From an uncultured Gammaproteobacteria bacterium (GTDB taxonomy: Bacteria > Patescibacteriota > Microgenomatia > Daviesbacterales > UBA10151), in the NCBI GenBank assembly GCA_964547465.1, contig CAZJNI010000002.1, forward strand, positions 6,043 to 70,042: DNA of 64,000 nt, given 5' to 3'. Of the stretch, positions 1 to 10,234 are shown piece by piece. The notes under the pieces were generated by a model that was given only the letters and a program-made list of their open reading frames with translations, ran no database searches and was not told the DNA's origin. Position numbers and translations under genes: made by a program. Each line of letters starts with the position of its first letter. The first letter of the stretch is position 1.

Positions 1-11
1 TGTGCAGACAG

Positions 12-680
12 TTGCTTCTTTGGAGTACACTATATAGATCTATGATTTACAACTTTGCAAAAAGATTCTTAGATATATTCGCATCAATGATAGGTTTAAT
101 TCTGCTTTTTCCGTTGTTTATAATGGTTGGGATAGCTATAATACTTGATTCTCCAGGGCCGATTTTTGCAGATACTCCCATGAGAGTTGGGAAAAACGGT
201 CGGCTTTTTAAGATGTATAAATTCCGTTCCATGATTGCTAATGCACATAAGCTTTTGCGAACTGACCCTTCTTTAAAAAAGCTTTATGAGAAGTATAAAA
301 AAAGCAGTTATAAATTAACTAAAGATCCCCGTATCACCATTGTGGGAAAATTTATCCGCAAATACTCTTTGGATGAACTGCCACAGCTTTTGAATGTTTT
401 AAGAGGTGAGATGAGTCTGGTTGGGCCAAGGGCTTATTATCCGGATGAGCTTAACGAACAACAGAAAAATTACCCCGAGACTACAAAATTTGTTAGAATT
501 ATTTTATCAGGCAAACCTGGAGTGACAGGAGTATGGCAGGTAACCGGCCGTTCTGAAATTCATTTTGACAAAAGAGTTGAAATGGATTCCCGATACGTTC
601 AAAGAAAATCTATTCTTTATGATTTTTGGATAATTTTAAAAACAATCCCCGCAGTTTTATCCGGAAAAGGAGCAGTTTAA
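12..680 (+). CDS. Bacterial sugar transferase (polyprenyl-phosphate hexose-1-phosphate transferase family); possibly 5'-partial at the window edge
   Basis: ORF track. Motifs KFRSM and [21 protein letters not shown] are typical of the Bac_transf domain. N-terminal TM helix. No in-frame stop between nt 1 and 12. Confidence 0.8.
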   Translation: MLLWSTLYRSMIYNFAKRFLDIFASMIGLILLFPLFIMVGIAIILDSPGPIFADTPMRVGKNGRLFKMYKFRSMIANAHKLLRTDPSLKKLYEKYKKSSYKLTKDPRITIVGKFIRKYSLDELPQLLNVLRGEMSLVGPRAYYPDELNEQQKNYPETTKFVRIILSGKPGVTGVWQVTGRSEIHFDKRVEMDSRYVQRKSILYDFWIILKTIPAVLSGKGAV

Positions 681-682
681 GT

Positions 683-2545
683 ATGAAAATTGATTCAATA
701 AGCGCTAAATACAAAAAGCCAAAAAATAAATTCAGGAGAAGGTTTTTCGTAATTTTGGGTTTAATTTTACTTCTTTCTGCCATACCTTCATTTTTTACTT
801 ATATAAGTTTAAAAGGCACCCTAGCTCATGGGAAAGCATTAATTGCTGCCTATAACGGACAAGATTTTGATCTTTTAAAAAAAGAAGTAACATCAACCAA
901 AGGGGGGCTTGAAAGAGCAAACTTTTCACTTAACTTTCTGTTTTGGCTAAAGATAATACCAATTTTAGGCGGATATTACTCGGATGCTAAGGGATTTATG
1001 GGAGCAGGAGTTGAAGAATTAATTGCTTTAGATAAGTTATTAAATGAGTTGAGTCCGCATAAGGAGGAGCTTTTGTTTGATAATCATCCAAAAAAGGGAC
1101 CGGATAGGGTAACACAGGCTGTAAAAATACTGGATAAAAGTTTGCCATTTTTGGATAAAGTACAGGGGAATCTAACAAAGGCTGCAAATAATGTTAAGAA
1201 TATTAACGTTAATAAATACCCGGATACTTTTAAGGGAAAAGCAATTAGGAAAAATTTGGACGTTGCAAAAAATCTTATTATGGGAGCTTCCATTGCAGTG
1301 GGAGATGGGAGAGAGGCACTAATGGTGGCTCCACAAACTTTGGGTATACCGGCTGCTAAAAATTACCTGCTGCTTTTCCAGAATGATAAGGAAATTAGGC
1401 CAACAGGTGGATTTATAACAGCTTATGCCACACTGACTATAAATAACGGGCAAATTAGTGCCACTACTTCTGATGACATTTATAGACTTGATGAAAAATT
1501 ACTTAATGTTTGTTTAACAAAAATTTGCCCACTTACCCCCCCACCTCCTATTGTTAAATATTTGCCGGAAGTTTCCGGAAAACCTCGTTCAGCCTGGAGT
1601 ATGAGGGATTCTAATATTTCTCCAGATGTTCCAACCTCTGCAGCCCAATTTGAAAAAATGTATTCACTATTGGGAGAAGGCTTACCTTTTGATGGGATAA
1701 TTTTTATAGATTCCCAAGTGGTGGAAGAGTTAATTGAGGTAACAGGGCCAATAGATGTCTACGGCACCAAATATTCAGGAGAATTGGATAAAAGATGTAA
1801 TTGCCCGAATGTGATTTATGAGCTGGAATCATATGCGGAGATTGCTGCAAAAGGTGAGAAAGATAGAAAAGCAGTACTTGGGGTGTTAATGCAGCAAATT
1901 TTGGCACGCTCAATAGGTGCTGATATAGAAAAGATACCACAACTATTAGAAACTGTAGCAAGATTGGCGAATCACAAGCATGTGATATTTTATATGCATG
2001 ATAAATCAGCGCAAGATGCTTTTTCAGCTCTTAATTGGATAGGTCAGATCAAATCATATGACGCGGATTATCTGCACATTAATGATTCTAACTTTGCGGG
2101 AGGAAAATCTAATTTGTATGTTACCCAAACAGTAACTCAGGAAATAAGTAAACAGGGGGATAAAATAAAGAAAAAAATTACTATAGAGTATAAAAATGAC
2201 CAGCCATTTGGAGTTTGGTTAAATGGGATTAACAGAGACTATGTCAGATTTTATGTGCCAAAAGGAAGTAAGCTTATCTCTTCAAAAGGTTCAGAGGTGG
2301 CAGTTACAACAATAGAGGATGATTTAGGAAAAACCGTGTTTGAGGCATTTATACAAGTCAGGCCGCAAAATAGTAGAAAACTGGAGATAGAATATACGAT
2401 TCCTCACAAACCAAGTGGACAATATAAATTACTGATTCAAAAACAACCCGGAGCTAAGGATTTCCAGTATAAAATAAAACTAAACGGTTCCCAAAAGGCG
2501 GATTTTAAACTGGATTCTGATAAAGAATTTAAGTTCAGTATTTAG
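683..2545 (+). CDS. Membrane-anchored hypothetical protein, possibly DUF4012-like (family assignment from memory only)
   Basis: ORF 626..2545. First ATG after the upstream stop is at 683, with AAGGAG 10 nt upstream. N-terminal TM segment then a long extracytoplasmic region. Sits next to a sugar transferase. Confidence 0.5.
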   Translation: MKIDSISAKYKKPKNKFRRRFFVILGLILLLSAIPSFFTYISLKGTLAHGKALIAAYNGQDFDLLKKEVTSTKGGLERANFSLNFLFWLKIIPILGGYYSDAKGFMGAGVEELIALDKLLNELSPHKEELLFDNHPKKGPDRVTQAVKILDKSLPFLDKVQGNLTKAANNVKNINVNKYPDTFKGKAIRKNLDVAKNLIMGASIAVGDGREALMVAPQTLGIPAAKNYLLLFQNDKEIRPTGGFITAYATLTINNGQISATTSDDIYRLDEKLLNVCLTKICPLTPPPPIVKYLPEVSGKPRSAWSMRDSNISPDVPTSAAQFEKMYSLLGEGLPFDGIIFIDSQVVEELIEVTGPIDVYGTKYSGELDKRCNCPNVIYELESYAEIAAKGEKDRKAVLGVLMQQILARSIGADIEKIPQLLETVARLANHKHVIFYMHDKSAQDAFSALNWIGQIKSYDADYLHINDSNFAGGKSNLYVTQTVTQEISKQGDKIKKKITIEYKNDQPFGVWLNGINRDYVRFYVPKGSKLISSKGSEVAVTTIEDDLGKTVFEAFIQVRPQNSRKLEIEYTIPHKPSGQYKLLIQKQPGAKDFQYKIKLNGSQKADFKLDSDKEFKFSI

Positions 2546-2559
2546 TATAATCCCCAGAT

Positions 2560-3210
2560 ATGAGAGGGATAAAGGTAGAAGGAGTTATTTTAAAGAGAAG
2601 GAATTTGGGGGAGGCGGATCGGATTTTAACTGTTTTTTCGCTGCAAAAAGGTAAGATTTCTGTTTTGGCAAAAGGGGTTAGAAGAATAACTTCCAGAAGA
2701 TCAGGGAATGTGGAACTGCTTAATAGGTCTTTAATGTATCTTCATCAGGCTAAAACTTTTTTAATTTTAACAGAGGCTACAACACTAGATACTTTTTCAA
2801 AAATAAAGTCTGACCTTACTCTTTCTACTTATGCCTATCATATTTTGGAACTGGTTGATAAATTAACTGCAGAAAATCAGGAAAATAGGATTTTATATGA
2901 ACATTTAGTACAAGTTTTAAAAAGACTCGAGAAAAATCCCCGCCAGATTCTGATTCGGGCATTTGAGGCAAAGATTTTATCAAACTTGGGCTTTATTAGC
3001 TTCTTAGAGTCACACCCTGGAGTGTCAAAGGGAATACACCCCTGGGGTGTCCAATTACTGAAAAGTTTGGAGTTATCCTTGTGGGACGGGATTGAGAAAA
3101 TGGAAATTTCTCAAAAGCAGGCTATGGAACTGGAGCGTGTTTTAAGATATCATTTAGAGAGAGTGATTGAAGGATCACTTAAATCAAGAAGATTCCTAAA
3201 AAAGATTTAG
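2560..3210 (+). CDS. recO: DNA repair protein RecO-like (cysteine-free)
   Basis: N-terminal MRGIKVEGVILKRRNLGEADRILTVFS...VLAKGVRR matches the RecO N-terminal OB-fold pattern. Length 216 aa. Confidence 0.65.
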   Translation: MRGIKVEGVILKRRNLGEADRILTVFSLQKGKISVLAKGVRRITSRRSGNVELLNRSLMYLHQAKTFLILTEATTLDTFSKIKSDLTLSTYAYHILELVDKLTAENQENRILYEHLVQVLKRLEKNPRQILIRAFEAKILSNLGFISFLESHPGVSKGIHPWGVQLLKSLELSLWDGIEKMEISQKQAMELERVLRYHLERVIEGSLKSRRFLKKI

Positions 3211-3229
3211 GATTTATGATTTAAGATTT

Positions 3230-4564
3230 ATGAATAATAATTTAATGGATGAGCAAAGCTCCTCATCTTTGATGAGTAAGATAGTTGCTTTGTGTAAGCG
3301 CCGGGGATTTATATATCCCGGGTCTGAAATATATGGAGGACTTAGTGGAACTTGGGACTATGGACCTGCCGGAGCTCTTTTAAAGAAAAATATAAAAGAC
3401 CTTTGGTGGAAAGACATGGTGCAACTGCGAGAAGACATTGTAGGAGTTGATGCCGCAATCATGATGAATCCCAAAGCCTGGGAAGCATCAGGTCATGTGG
3501 AAGCTTTCAGCGACCCACTAGTTGAGTGTAAAATATGCCATGAGCGGTTTAGAGCTGATAAGGAAGATATAATTAAGAATCATGAAGCAACTCACAAAGA
3601 AAAGGTTGAATGGACAGAACCTCAACAGTTTAATCTGCTCGTTAAGGCTTATTTAGGCGTTTTGGAAGGTAAACAATCAGAAATATATTTAAGAGGAGAA
3701 ATTACCAATGGAGTTCATGTTAATTTTAAAAATGTTTTGGATTCTACCAGAGTTAAAATTCCTTTTGGAATTGCTCAAATTGGTAAGGCTTTTAGAAATG
3801 AAATAACCCCCGGCAATTTTACCTTTAGATCGAGGGAGTTTGAACAAATGGAAGTTCAATTTTACGTTAAAAATGAGAAATCAGAGGCTGAAAAGTGGTT
3901 TGAGTACTGGAAGCAAAACAGGATGGATTGGTATTTATCGCTGGGAATGAAGAAAGAAAACTTAAGGTTTAGAGAACACGCAGAAAAAGAAAGAGCACAT
4001 TATGCCAAAGCGGCATGTGACATTGAATATAATGCTCCGTTCGGCTGGTCAGAATTTATGGGGATTCATAATAGAGGTGATTGGGATTTATCCCGCCATC
4101 AAAAATACTCTGGGCAAGATATGACTTATAGAGATCCTGAATCTGGAGAGGAGTATACACCCTGGGATATTGAAACATCGGCTGGGGTAGATAGATCTGC
4201 GCTATTTATTTTGATTGATGCTTACAGTGAAGATAATGGAAGGGTTTATCTAAAACTTTCTCCAAAACTTGCTCCATACAAAGCTGCAGTATTTCCACTT
4301 CTTGCTAATAAACCGGAACTTATTAAAGTAGCCAAGAAAATTTATGATGATTTGAGAAAAGATTTTATGGTGGCTTGGGACGCCCGGGGTAATATTGGTA
4401 AAAGATATGCTAGTCAGGATGAAATCGGTACCCCTTTTTGTATAACAGTTGATTTTGATTCGCTAGGGGATGAAATGGTAACTGTCAGAGATAGGGATAG
4501 CGCCAAACAGGAAAGAGTTAAAATAGTTGACTTAAAAGATTATCTTAGTGATAGAATTAAATAA
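3230..4564 (+). CDS. glyQS: Glycine--tRNA ligase (alpha2 / GlyQS type)
   Basis: N-terminal RRGFIYPGSEIYGGLSGTWDYGPAG is characteristic of dimeric GlyRS. Class II aaRS core. 444 aa. Confidence 0.85.
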   Translation: MNNNLMDEQSSSSLMSKIVALCKRRGFIYPGSEIYGGLSGTWDYGPAGALLKKNIKDLWWKDMVQLREDIVGVDAAIMMNPKAWEASGHVEAFSDPLVECKICHERFRADKEDIIKNHEATHKEKVEWTEPQQFNLLVKAYLGVLEGKQSEIYLRGEITNGVHVNFKNVLDSTRVKIPFGIAQIGKAFRNEITPGNFTFRSREFEQMEVQFYVKNEKSEAEKWFEYWKQNRMDWYLSLGMKKENLRFREHAEKERAHYAKAACDIEYNAPFGWSEFMGIHNRGDWDLSRHQKYSGQDMTYRDPESGEEYTPWDIETSAGVDRSALFILIDAYSEDNGRVYLKLSPKLAPYKAAVFPLLANKPELIKVAKKIYDDLRKDFMVAWDARGNIGKRYASQDEIGTPFCITVDFDSLGDEMVTVRDRDSAKQERVKIVDLKDYLSDRIK

Positions 4565-5464
4565 GTGGATAAATTAAAAGTTTGGTTTGCTGCTCATAAA
4601 ACCACGGCTATCTTGGCTGTGGTATTAATATTGTTGGGGGGGTCGGGATTTTTAGGAATTCAAAAGTTTAGCTCTAAAGAAGATGGTTCAGTTGAAGAGG
4701 TTGATTTAGTTTTTGATGCAGAAGGCCCATACGCCTTAACCTTTCCCAGAAGGGATGGAAATGCTTTAATTTTAAATATTAAAAGAACAAGCTCTTATGA
4801 TTCTATATCCTATGACTTAGCATATACCTCTACTCCTGATGAAACTGTAGTTAAGGGCACTAAAGTGTTAGACGAGGGAGAAGGAGGACTAGCTGGAGGC
4901 AGTATCGATAGGGGAGTTTCAGGCCAACTAGATACGAAAGATAAAAAGGGTGAATATGAGCAGGAAATTTTGTTTGGGACTTGTTCTAAAAATGTCTGTA
5001 AATATGATAAGGGTGTTGAAAATGGAACGCTTACACTTCATATAAGAAAGGGAGATAAAGCGTATAGAATGATTACCCAGTGGCATTTGCAAAAACCAGA
5101 TGTGGCTTTGGGAAGCTTAACTTCAGGAGATAATCATTTAACTTACAAAGTGGATGGAGACAGGCAGACGCTTTCTAATATTGGATTTTCTATAATAAAT
5201 GATTTAACAGGAGTTCCAAAGTTGCCAAACGGTAAGCAAGTTTTAGGCAAAGTTTATGCCTTAAATGTGCCGATTGCCAAAGATTTAAAGAGTGGTCAGG
5301 TAAGTTTAGAGCTGGCCCAAAATCCATCTCCTGATGCCAAATTATATAGATATGATGGAAATAAGAGCAGTTGGGAGGAGTTGGATACAAAAATAGAAGG
5401 ATCTAAATTATCCTCCAAAGCCTCCGGCGCAGGTATATTTGCTGTTTTGACTTCCAAGAAATAA
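4565..5464 (+). CDS. Hypothetical membrane-anchored extracytoplasmic protein
   Basis: ORF track. Single N-terminal TM helix (TAILAVVLILLGGSGFLGI). No recognisable motif. Confidence 0.45.
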   Translation: MDKLKVWFAAHKTTAILAVVLILLGGSGFLGIQKFSSKEDGSVEEVDLVFDAEGPYALTFPRRDGNALILNIKRTSSYDSISYDLAYTSTPDETVVKGTKVLDEGEGGLAGGSIDRGVSGQLDTKDKKGEYEQEILFGTCSKNVCKYDKGVENGTLTLHIRKGDKAYRMITQWHLQKPDVALGSLTSGDNHLTYKVDGDRQTLSNIGFSIINDLTGVPKLPNGKQVLGKVYALNVPIAKDLKSGQVSLELAQNPSPDAKLYRYDGNKSSWEELDTKIEGSKLSSKASGAGIFAVLTSKK

Positions 5465-5468
5465 AAGT

Positions 5469-5903
5469 TTATAAATTTGATAAATTAGGTTGTAGTTGTG
5501 TGTTATTAACTAACCCAATATTAATATGATGTCTGTACATTAACCTATTAGCTATAATAACTCCTCCCACGAATCCTAGCATCATTGCTATGCCCCCGAG
5601 AGCACTCAAAGGACCTTTAGTTGGGAGCTCGTTTGTAAATGCTTTAGATGCTTCTGTAATTAAACCAGCCATTCCAATTGAACCTATGGTACCTCCAATT
5701 AAATTAGCAGTGAATCTACTAGTTCCCTCAACTAAGTTTTCCCAGAATCTTTTTGAACCTTTATGGCCTTGATAAATAATACTTAAGTGGCCGTTGTCTA
5801 CGAGGTCACCTCCGGATATTTCAAAGTATCTTTGTCCAATTATCTCTTCACTCATAATCAAAATTATATATGAATCTTGCGAAATGTAAATACCCCTTGA
5901 CAA
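5469..5903 (-). CDS. Hypothetical small membrane protein; the internal Met at 5855 may be the real start
   Basis: ORF track. Gly/Ala-rich hydrophobic segments. No motif recognised. Confidence 0.35.
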   Translation of the reverse strand: MSRGIYISQDSYIILIMSEEIIGQRYFEISGGDLVDNGHLSIIYQGHKGSKRFWENLVEGTSRFTANLIGGTIGSIGMAGLITEASKAFTNELPTKGPLSALGGIAMMLGFVGGVIIANRLMYRHHINIGLVNNTQLQPNLSNL

Positions 5904-5936
5904 ACAGTGTTAAAATGGCGGAAAATAGTAATAGAT

Positions 5937-5951
5937 GGTGATTTGAGGTGA
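5937..5951 (+). promoter_or_regulatory. Candidate MraZ operator: two GGTGA direct repeats at 10-nt spacing upstream of mraZ
   Basis: Sequence GGTGAtttgaGGTGA lies about 35 nt upstream of the mraZ start. MraZ proteins bind direct pentamer repeats with 10-bp periodicity in their own promoter (established for E. coli and Bacillus). Confidence 0.3.
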
Positions 5952-5986
5952 ATCAGCCATAGGCTGATAAATATTCTGCCCAGAAT

Positions 5987-6412
5987 ATGGATGTCCATAT
6001 GTTTTTGGGCGAATACAAAGTTAAATTTAGTGGTCACGGGAGAGTTATACTACCGAAAAAATTAAGAGAGGTAGTCTTTGGTGACGAGATTATATTAAGT
6101 AAAGGATTTGAAGGTTGTATTTGGGGATTTGATAAAAAGCTATGGGAAGAGCAAGCGCAAAAGCAACTTGAGATTTCGGCTGTGGAGGAAAAAGCACGGA
6201 ACTTGAGGAGATATTTATTTTCTTCGAGTATCCAGGTAGAGGTGGATGATCAAGGAAGGTTTGTTATACCAGGTAGTCTTTTGGGTTATGCGAGTCTTAC
6301 GCAAGAAGTGATAATAATTGGTGCCGGAGATCATTTTGAGGTTTGGGATAAGAATAAATGGGATAAAGAGGCAAAAAGATTGGAGAAAGAGTATGGAAGG
6401 GTATCACAGTAG
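5987..6412 (+). CDS. mraZ: Transcriptional regulator MraZ; alternative start ATG at 5999 (MFLGEY...)
   Basis: MFLGEYKVKFSGHGRVILPKKLRE plus a second repeat (QGRFVIP) give the duplicated MraZ fold. Position at the head of the dcw cluster. Confidence 0.8.
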   Translation: MDVHMFLGEYKVKFSGHGRVILPKKLREVVFGDEIILSKGFEGCIWGFDKKLWEEQAQKQLEISAVEEKARNLRRYLFSSSIQVEVDDQGRFVIPGSLLGYASLTQEVIIIGAGDHFEVWDKNKWDKEAKRLEKEYGRVSQ

Positions 6413-7319
6413 CGTTCTTTTAAAGGAGGCTTTGGGTGCACTCAATATCCGAGATGCCTGGTATATAGATTGTACTTTAGGCGACGGAGGGCATTCGATA
6501 GAAATTATAAAGCGGGGAGGGAAAGTAATCGGCATAGATGTAGACCCGCAGGCCCTTGGGCGAGTGCAAAAAAGATTTAAAGAATTGGGGTATTTGGGGA
6601 GTTTGGGGAAGAGAATAAAGCTAATTCAGGGCAATTTTAGAGATTTGAAAAAATTAATAAACCAGCAGACGGATACTGTAGGATTGAAATTTGCAGGGGC
6701 AATTTTTGATCTGGGGGTTTCCAGTTTGCAGCTTGAAACCCCGCAAAGGGGTTTTTCCTTTAGAAAAGTTGGCCCCTTGGACATGAGAATGGACCCTACA
6801 CTTGGAGTTAGGGCACTGGATTTAGTAAATGCATTATCAGGAAAGGAGCTATATGAATTATTTAAAAAATTGGGTGAGGAAAAATATTCTAAACGTCTGG
6901 CTGACTCTATTGTCAGCTCCCGTCAAGTAATTAAAACAACAAAAGACTTGGCTGGTTTGGCGGAGAAGGTGGTTGGCAAAAAGGGGAAAATACACCCGGC
7001 CACAAAAATCTTCCAGGCTTTAAGAATAGCTGTTAATGATGAGTTGGATGCATTGCAGGAGGGATTAGATCAAGTAATAGATTTAATAGAAAAAAATGGC
7101 ACAATTTTGGTTATTAGTTTTCATTCATTGGAAGATAGGATCATTAAATTTACTTTTAGAAAGTGGGAAGATGAAGGGTTGGGTGAGATTTTGACAAAAA
7201 AACCGATTGTGCCAAGAGATTATGAAGTAGCCGACAATCCCAGATCGCGTTCAGCAAAACTTAGGGTTTTTAGAGTGAATCATGGATCAAGTATCATGGG
7301 TCATATTGACATTTCTTGA
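6393..7319 (+). CDS. rsmH: 16S rRNA (cytosine1402-N4)-methyltransferase RsmH (MraW)
   Basis: YHSSVLLKEALGALNI..DCTLGDGGHS..GIDVDP is the RsmH SAM-binding region. ATG at 6393 has a GGAGAAAGAG RBS and overlaps the mraZ end. The longer ORF upstream is read-through. Confidence 0.85.
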   Translation: MEGYHSSVLLKEALGALNIRDAWYIDCTLGDGGHSIEIIKRGGKVIGIDVDPQALGRVQKRFKELGYLGSLGKRIKLIQGNFRDLKKLINQQTDTVGLKFAGAIFDLGVSSLQLETPQRGFSFRKVGPLDMRMDPTLGVRALDLVNALSGKELYELFKKLGEEKYSKRLADSIVSSRQVIKTTKDLAGLAEKVVGKKGKIHPATKIFQALRIAVNDELDALQEGLDQVIDLIEKNGTILVISFHSLEDRIIKFTFRKWEDEGLGEILTKKPIVPRDYEVADNPRSRSAKLRVFRVNHGSSIMGHIDIS

Positions 7320-7352
7320 TACCTGACACTTGATACCTTGACACATTAACTT

Positions 7353-7649
7353 ATGACAATTATTAAAAAATTTGAACCGGAGCTGCCTAAAAACGGATTT
7401 TCTAAAAAGTTAGTAATTTCTATTGGCGCATGTTTGTTTGTATTAATTCTGGCAGAGATTTGGGTTAGTAACACGGTCGTATCTTATGGTGATCAATTTG
7501 AGAAGCTCTCTTCTTTGCAAGGAGAATTAAATACTGAAAATCAAATTTTGGAAAACGAGATTGCGAAAAAATCTTCTATCATAAATGTTGCCACAAAATC
7601 CGGCGAACTTGGTTTTTCCAGAGGGAAAAGTATACAATATATTCGTTAA
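7353..7649 (+). CDS. FtsL-like small bitopic cell division protein
   Basis: 98 aa with a single TM (ISIGACLFVLILAEIWV) followed by a coiled-coil-like segment. Lies between rsmH and ftsI. Confidence 0.4.
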   Translation: MTIIKKFEPELPKNGFSKKLVISIGACLFVLILAEIWVSNTVVSYGDQFEKLSSLQGELNTENQILENEIAKKSSIINVATKSGELGFSRGKSIQYIR

Positions 7650-9353
7650 ATGCGAATTTATTGGGTAAAAATCTTCTTTGTCTTATTCTTTCTGTTAATA
7701 TCTTTGAGGCTTTTTTATTGGCAAATGATACAAGGAGAGTTTTTACAAGCCCAGGCTGAAAATCAACACTTCACCAATGTTTACGTCAAAGGAGTGAGAG
7801 GGAAGATATTCTTTAATGATGGATCCTTGCTTGTGTCAACTAGTCCTTCATATTCCATTTATGGATTACCGAAGGTTATAAAGCAGGATCAAAAATTAAA
7901 TACTGCTTACTCCATTGCCAAAGTTTTAAATGAGTCTGAATCAAAAGATGATACAGAATCTTTGGCAAAAGATATCCTGAATAAACTCTCACAGGACCTT
8001 TATTGGATACTTTTAAGTAAAAATGTAACTTTGGAACAAAGAAAAGCAATTGAACAGCTTAATTTATCCGGAATTGGTTTTGATGAGGGCAATATTAGAT
8101 TTTATCCGGAAGGTTCATCCTCTGCACACCTTTTAGGTTTTGTAGGACAAGATTCAAAGGGTGAGGATAAAGGTTATTTTGGTTTGGAAGGATTTTATGA
8201 TGGGGAATTGAAAGGAGCCTCCGGATTAATAAGACATGAAAAAGATGCTTTAGGTTTGCCAATCCTGATTGGAAATTTTCTCACATCTAACGCCAGGAAT
8301 GGTAAGGATTTGGTGCTAAATATTGACCAGACGGTTCAGTATGTTGTTGAACAAGCTTTAAAATCTGGCATGGAAAAGTACGATGCTAAAGCAGCATCAG
8401 CTGTGGTGATGGATCCAAAAACTGGCGCAATCCTTGCTTTGGCATCATTTCCAAATTATGATCCGCTAAAGTATTTTGATTACCCTAAAGAGTATTACAA
8501 AAACTCCTCTGTTGCAGATCAATATGAACCAGGGTCAACATTTAAGGTTTTGGTGATGGCAGCGGCAATAAATGAAAATGTTGTAAAGCCAGACACGAAA
8601 TGTGATATTTGCAGTGGCCCAATATCTTTGGGAGGTTTTGTTATTAGAACCTGGGATAATAAATATTTTCCTGATTCGTCCATGAAGGATGTGATTGTTC
8701 ATTCTGATAATACAGGTATGGTTTATGCCGGGAAAAAATTAGGTCTGGATAAATTCTATACGTATTTAGAAAATTTCGGATTCGGTAGCCCTACGAATAT
8801 TGATTTACAGGATGAATTTTCTCCTGATATAAGACAAAAAAGTAAGTGGGGAGAGATTGATTTAGCAACTGCTTCTTTTGGGCAGGGGATAGCTGTTACA
8901 CCTATTCAAATGGTTAAAGCAGTTTCAGCTATCGCTAATGGTGGAAATTTGATGGAGCCTCATGTTGTGAAAAAGATTGTAGATGATAGAAATAGTTTTG
9001 AAATAAAACCAAAAGTTATAAGACAAATCATAGAGGATTCAACAGCAGCGCAGATAAAAGAAATGATGGTAGCAGCGGTTAACGAGGGGGAAGCAAAATT
9101 TGCTAGACCTAAGGGTTTTAAGGTTGCCGGAAAAACAGGAACTGCTCAAATTCCAGTGGCAGGACATTATGATCCTAATAAAACTATTGCTTCATTTGTG
9201 GGATTTGCACCGGCTGATGATCCAAAATTTGTAATGCTTATACGATACGACCAACCAACTGCATCCATTTTTGGAGCAGAAACAGCAGCCCCGACTTTTT
9301 TTGAAATTGCCAAAGAATTATTTACATACTACAAAATTGCCCCAACAGAGTGA
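7650..9353 (+). CDS. ftsI: Peptidoglycan D,D-transpeptidase FtsI (class B PBP)
   Basis: Transpeptidase motifs STFK, SDN (HSDNTG) and KTGT. N-terminal TM. Confidence 0.85.
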   Translation: MRIYWVKIFFVLFFLLISLRLFYWQMIQGEFLQAQAENQHFTNVYVKGVRGKIFFNDGSLLVSTSPSYSIYGLPKVIKQDQKLNTAYSIAKVLNESESKDDTESLAKDILNKLSQDLYWILLSKNVTLEQRKAIEQLNLSGIGFDEGNIRFYPEGSSSAHLLGFVGQDSKGEDKGYFGLEGFYDGELKGASGLIRHEKDALGLPILIGNFLTSNARNGKDLVLNIDQTVQYVVEQALKSGMEKYDAKAASAVVMDPKTGAILALASFPNYDPLKYFDYPKEYYKNSSVADQYEPGSTFKVLVMAAAINENVVKPDTKCDICSGPISLGGFVIRTWDNKYFPDSSMKDVIVHSDNTGMVYAGKKLGLDKFYTYLENFGFGSPTNIDLQDEFSPDIRQKSKWGEIDLATASFGQGIAVTPIQMVKAVSAIANGGNLMEPHVVKKIVDDRNSFEIKPKVIRQIIEDSTAAQIKEMMVAAVNEGEAKFARPKGFKVAGKTGTAQIPVAGHYDPNKTIASFVGFAPADDPKFVMLIRYDQPTASIFGAETAAPTFFEIAKELFTYYKIAPTE

Positions 9354-9365
9354 TAACATTTAGTT

Positions 9366-10106
9366 ATGGACCTTAAGGGTAAAGTATTTATTTTAACCGG
9401 AGCAAAAAGAGTAGGGCAGGATGTGGCCAAAACTTTGGGTGAGAGAGGCGCCAATCTGGTTATCTCTTATAACAACTCTTTAGAAGATGCTCAAGTTTTA
9501 CAAAGGGAATGTGAATCTTCTGGTGCCAGAGCGATTATCGTTAAGGCAGATTTATCCCAAAATAAAGATATAGAATCCTTGGCGGATGAAGCATTAAAGC
9601 AGTTTGGCGCAATCGATGGACTGATCCATATGGCTGCCAATTATCCCAAAACTCCTGTTGGTGGGATTACACTGGAGGATTTTGATAAAACAATGCATAT
9701 AATTGCAGCTTCTACTTTACTTTTGGGGCAAAAAATAGGAGCGCAAATGCAAAAAAATGAGGGGGATGTTAAAGGAAAAATGATTTTTTTCTCTGACTGG
9801 TCGGTTTTGAGGAATCCTTATCCGGATTATATTGTTTATAATGGGGCCAAATCAGCGGTGGAATCTTTTACCAAAAGTTTAGCAAGACAATTTGCGCCAT
9901 CTATTACTGTTAATGCTATAGCTCCCGGGCCAATCCTTAGGCCCCCCGATTTATCAGAGGAGGATAATGAGGAAGTGATGAGTAAGACTCCTTTAAAAAA
10001 ATGGGGTGGAAGTAAGGAGATTGCCAAAGCTGTTTTATATTTACTTGATGCTGATTTTGTGACAGGGATTATTTTGCCAGTTGATGGTGGCCGGTCAATT
10101 GCTTGA
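9366..10106 (+). CDS. SDR family NAD(P)-dependent oxidoreductase
   Basis: N-terminal TGAKRVGQDVAKTL Rossmann motif. Catalytic YxxxK region (YNGAKSAVE). 246 aa. An unusual insertion in the dcw cluster. Confidence 0.75.
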   Translation: MDLKGKVFILTGAKRVGQDVAKTLGERGANLVISYNNSLEDAQVLQRECESSGARAIIVKADLSQNKDIESLADEALKQFGAIDGLIHMAANYPKTPVGGITLEDFDKTMHIIAASTLLLGQKIGAQMQKNEGDVKGKMIFFSDWSVLRNPYPDYIVYNGAKSAVESFTKSLARQFAPSITVNAIAPGPILRPPDLSEEDNEEVMSKTPLKKWGGSKEIAKAVLYLLDADFVTGIILPVDGGRSIA

Positions 10107-10234
10107 AGAAGATAGATTTATTTTTCTTTCAAGATACTTTTGTGCTTGCACATTAGCTATTGCATCAAACCTTATTAGCTCTAATTTATTTTATATCATC
10201 GACAAACTACTCACGATCGTGATAACCTTGAAAC

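Noticed and set aside
7320-7352. Duplicated TTGACAC motifs upstream of ftsL as a promoter
   Set aside because: TTGACA-17-TATTAA spacing is plausible, but it lies within an operon and there is no supporting evidence. Not called as a feature.
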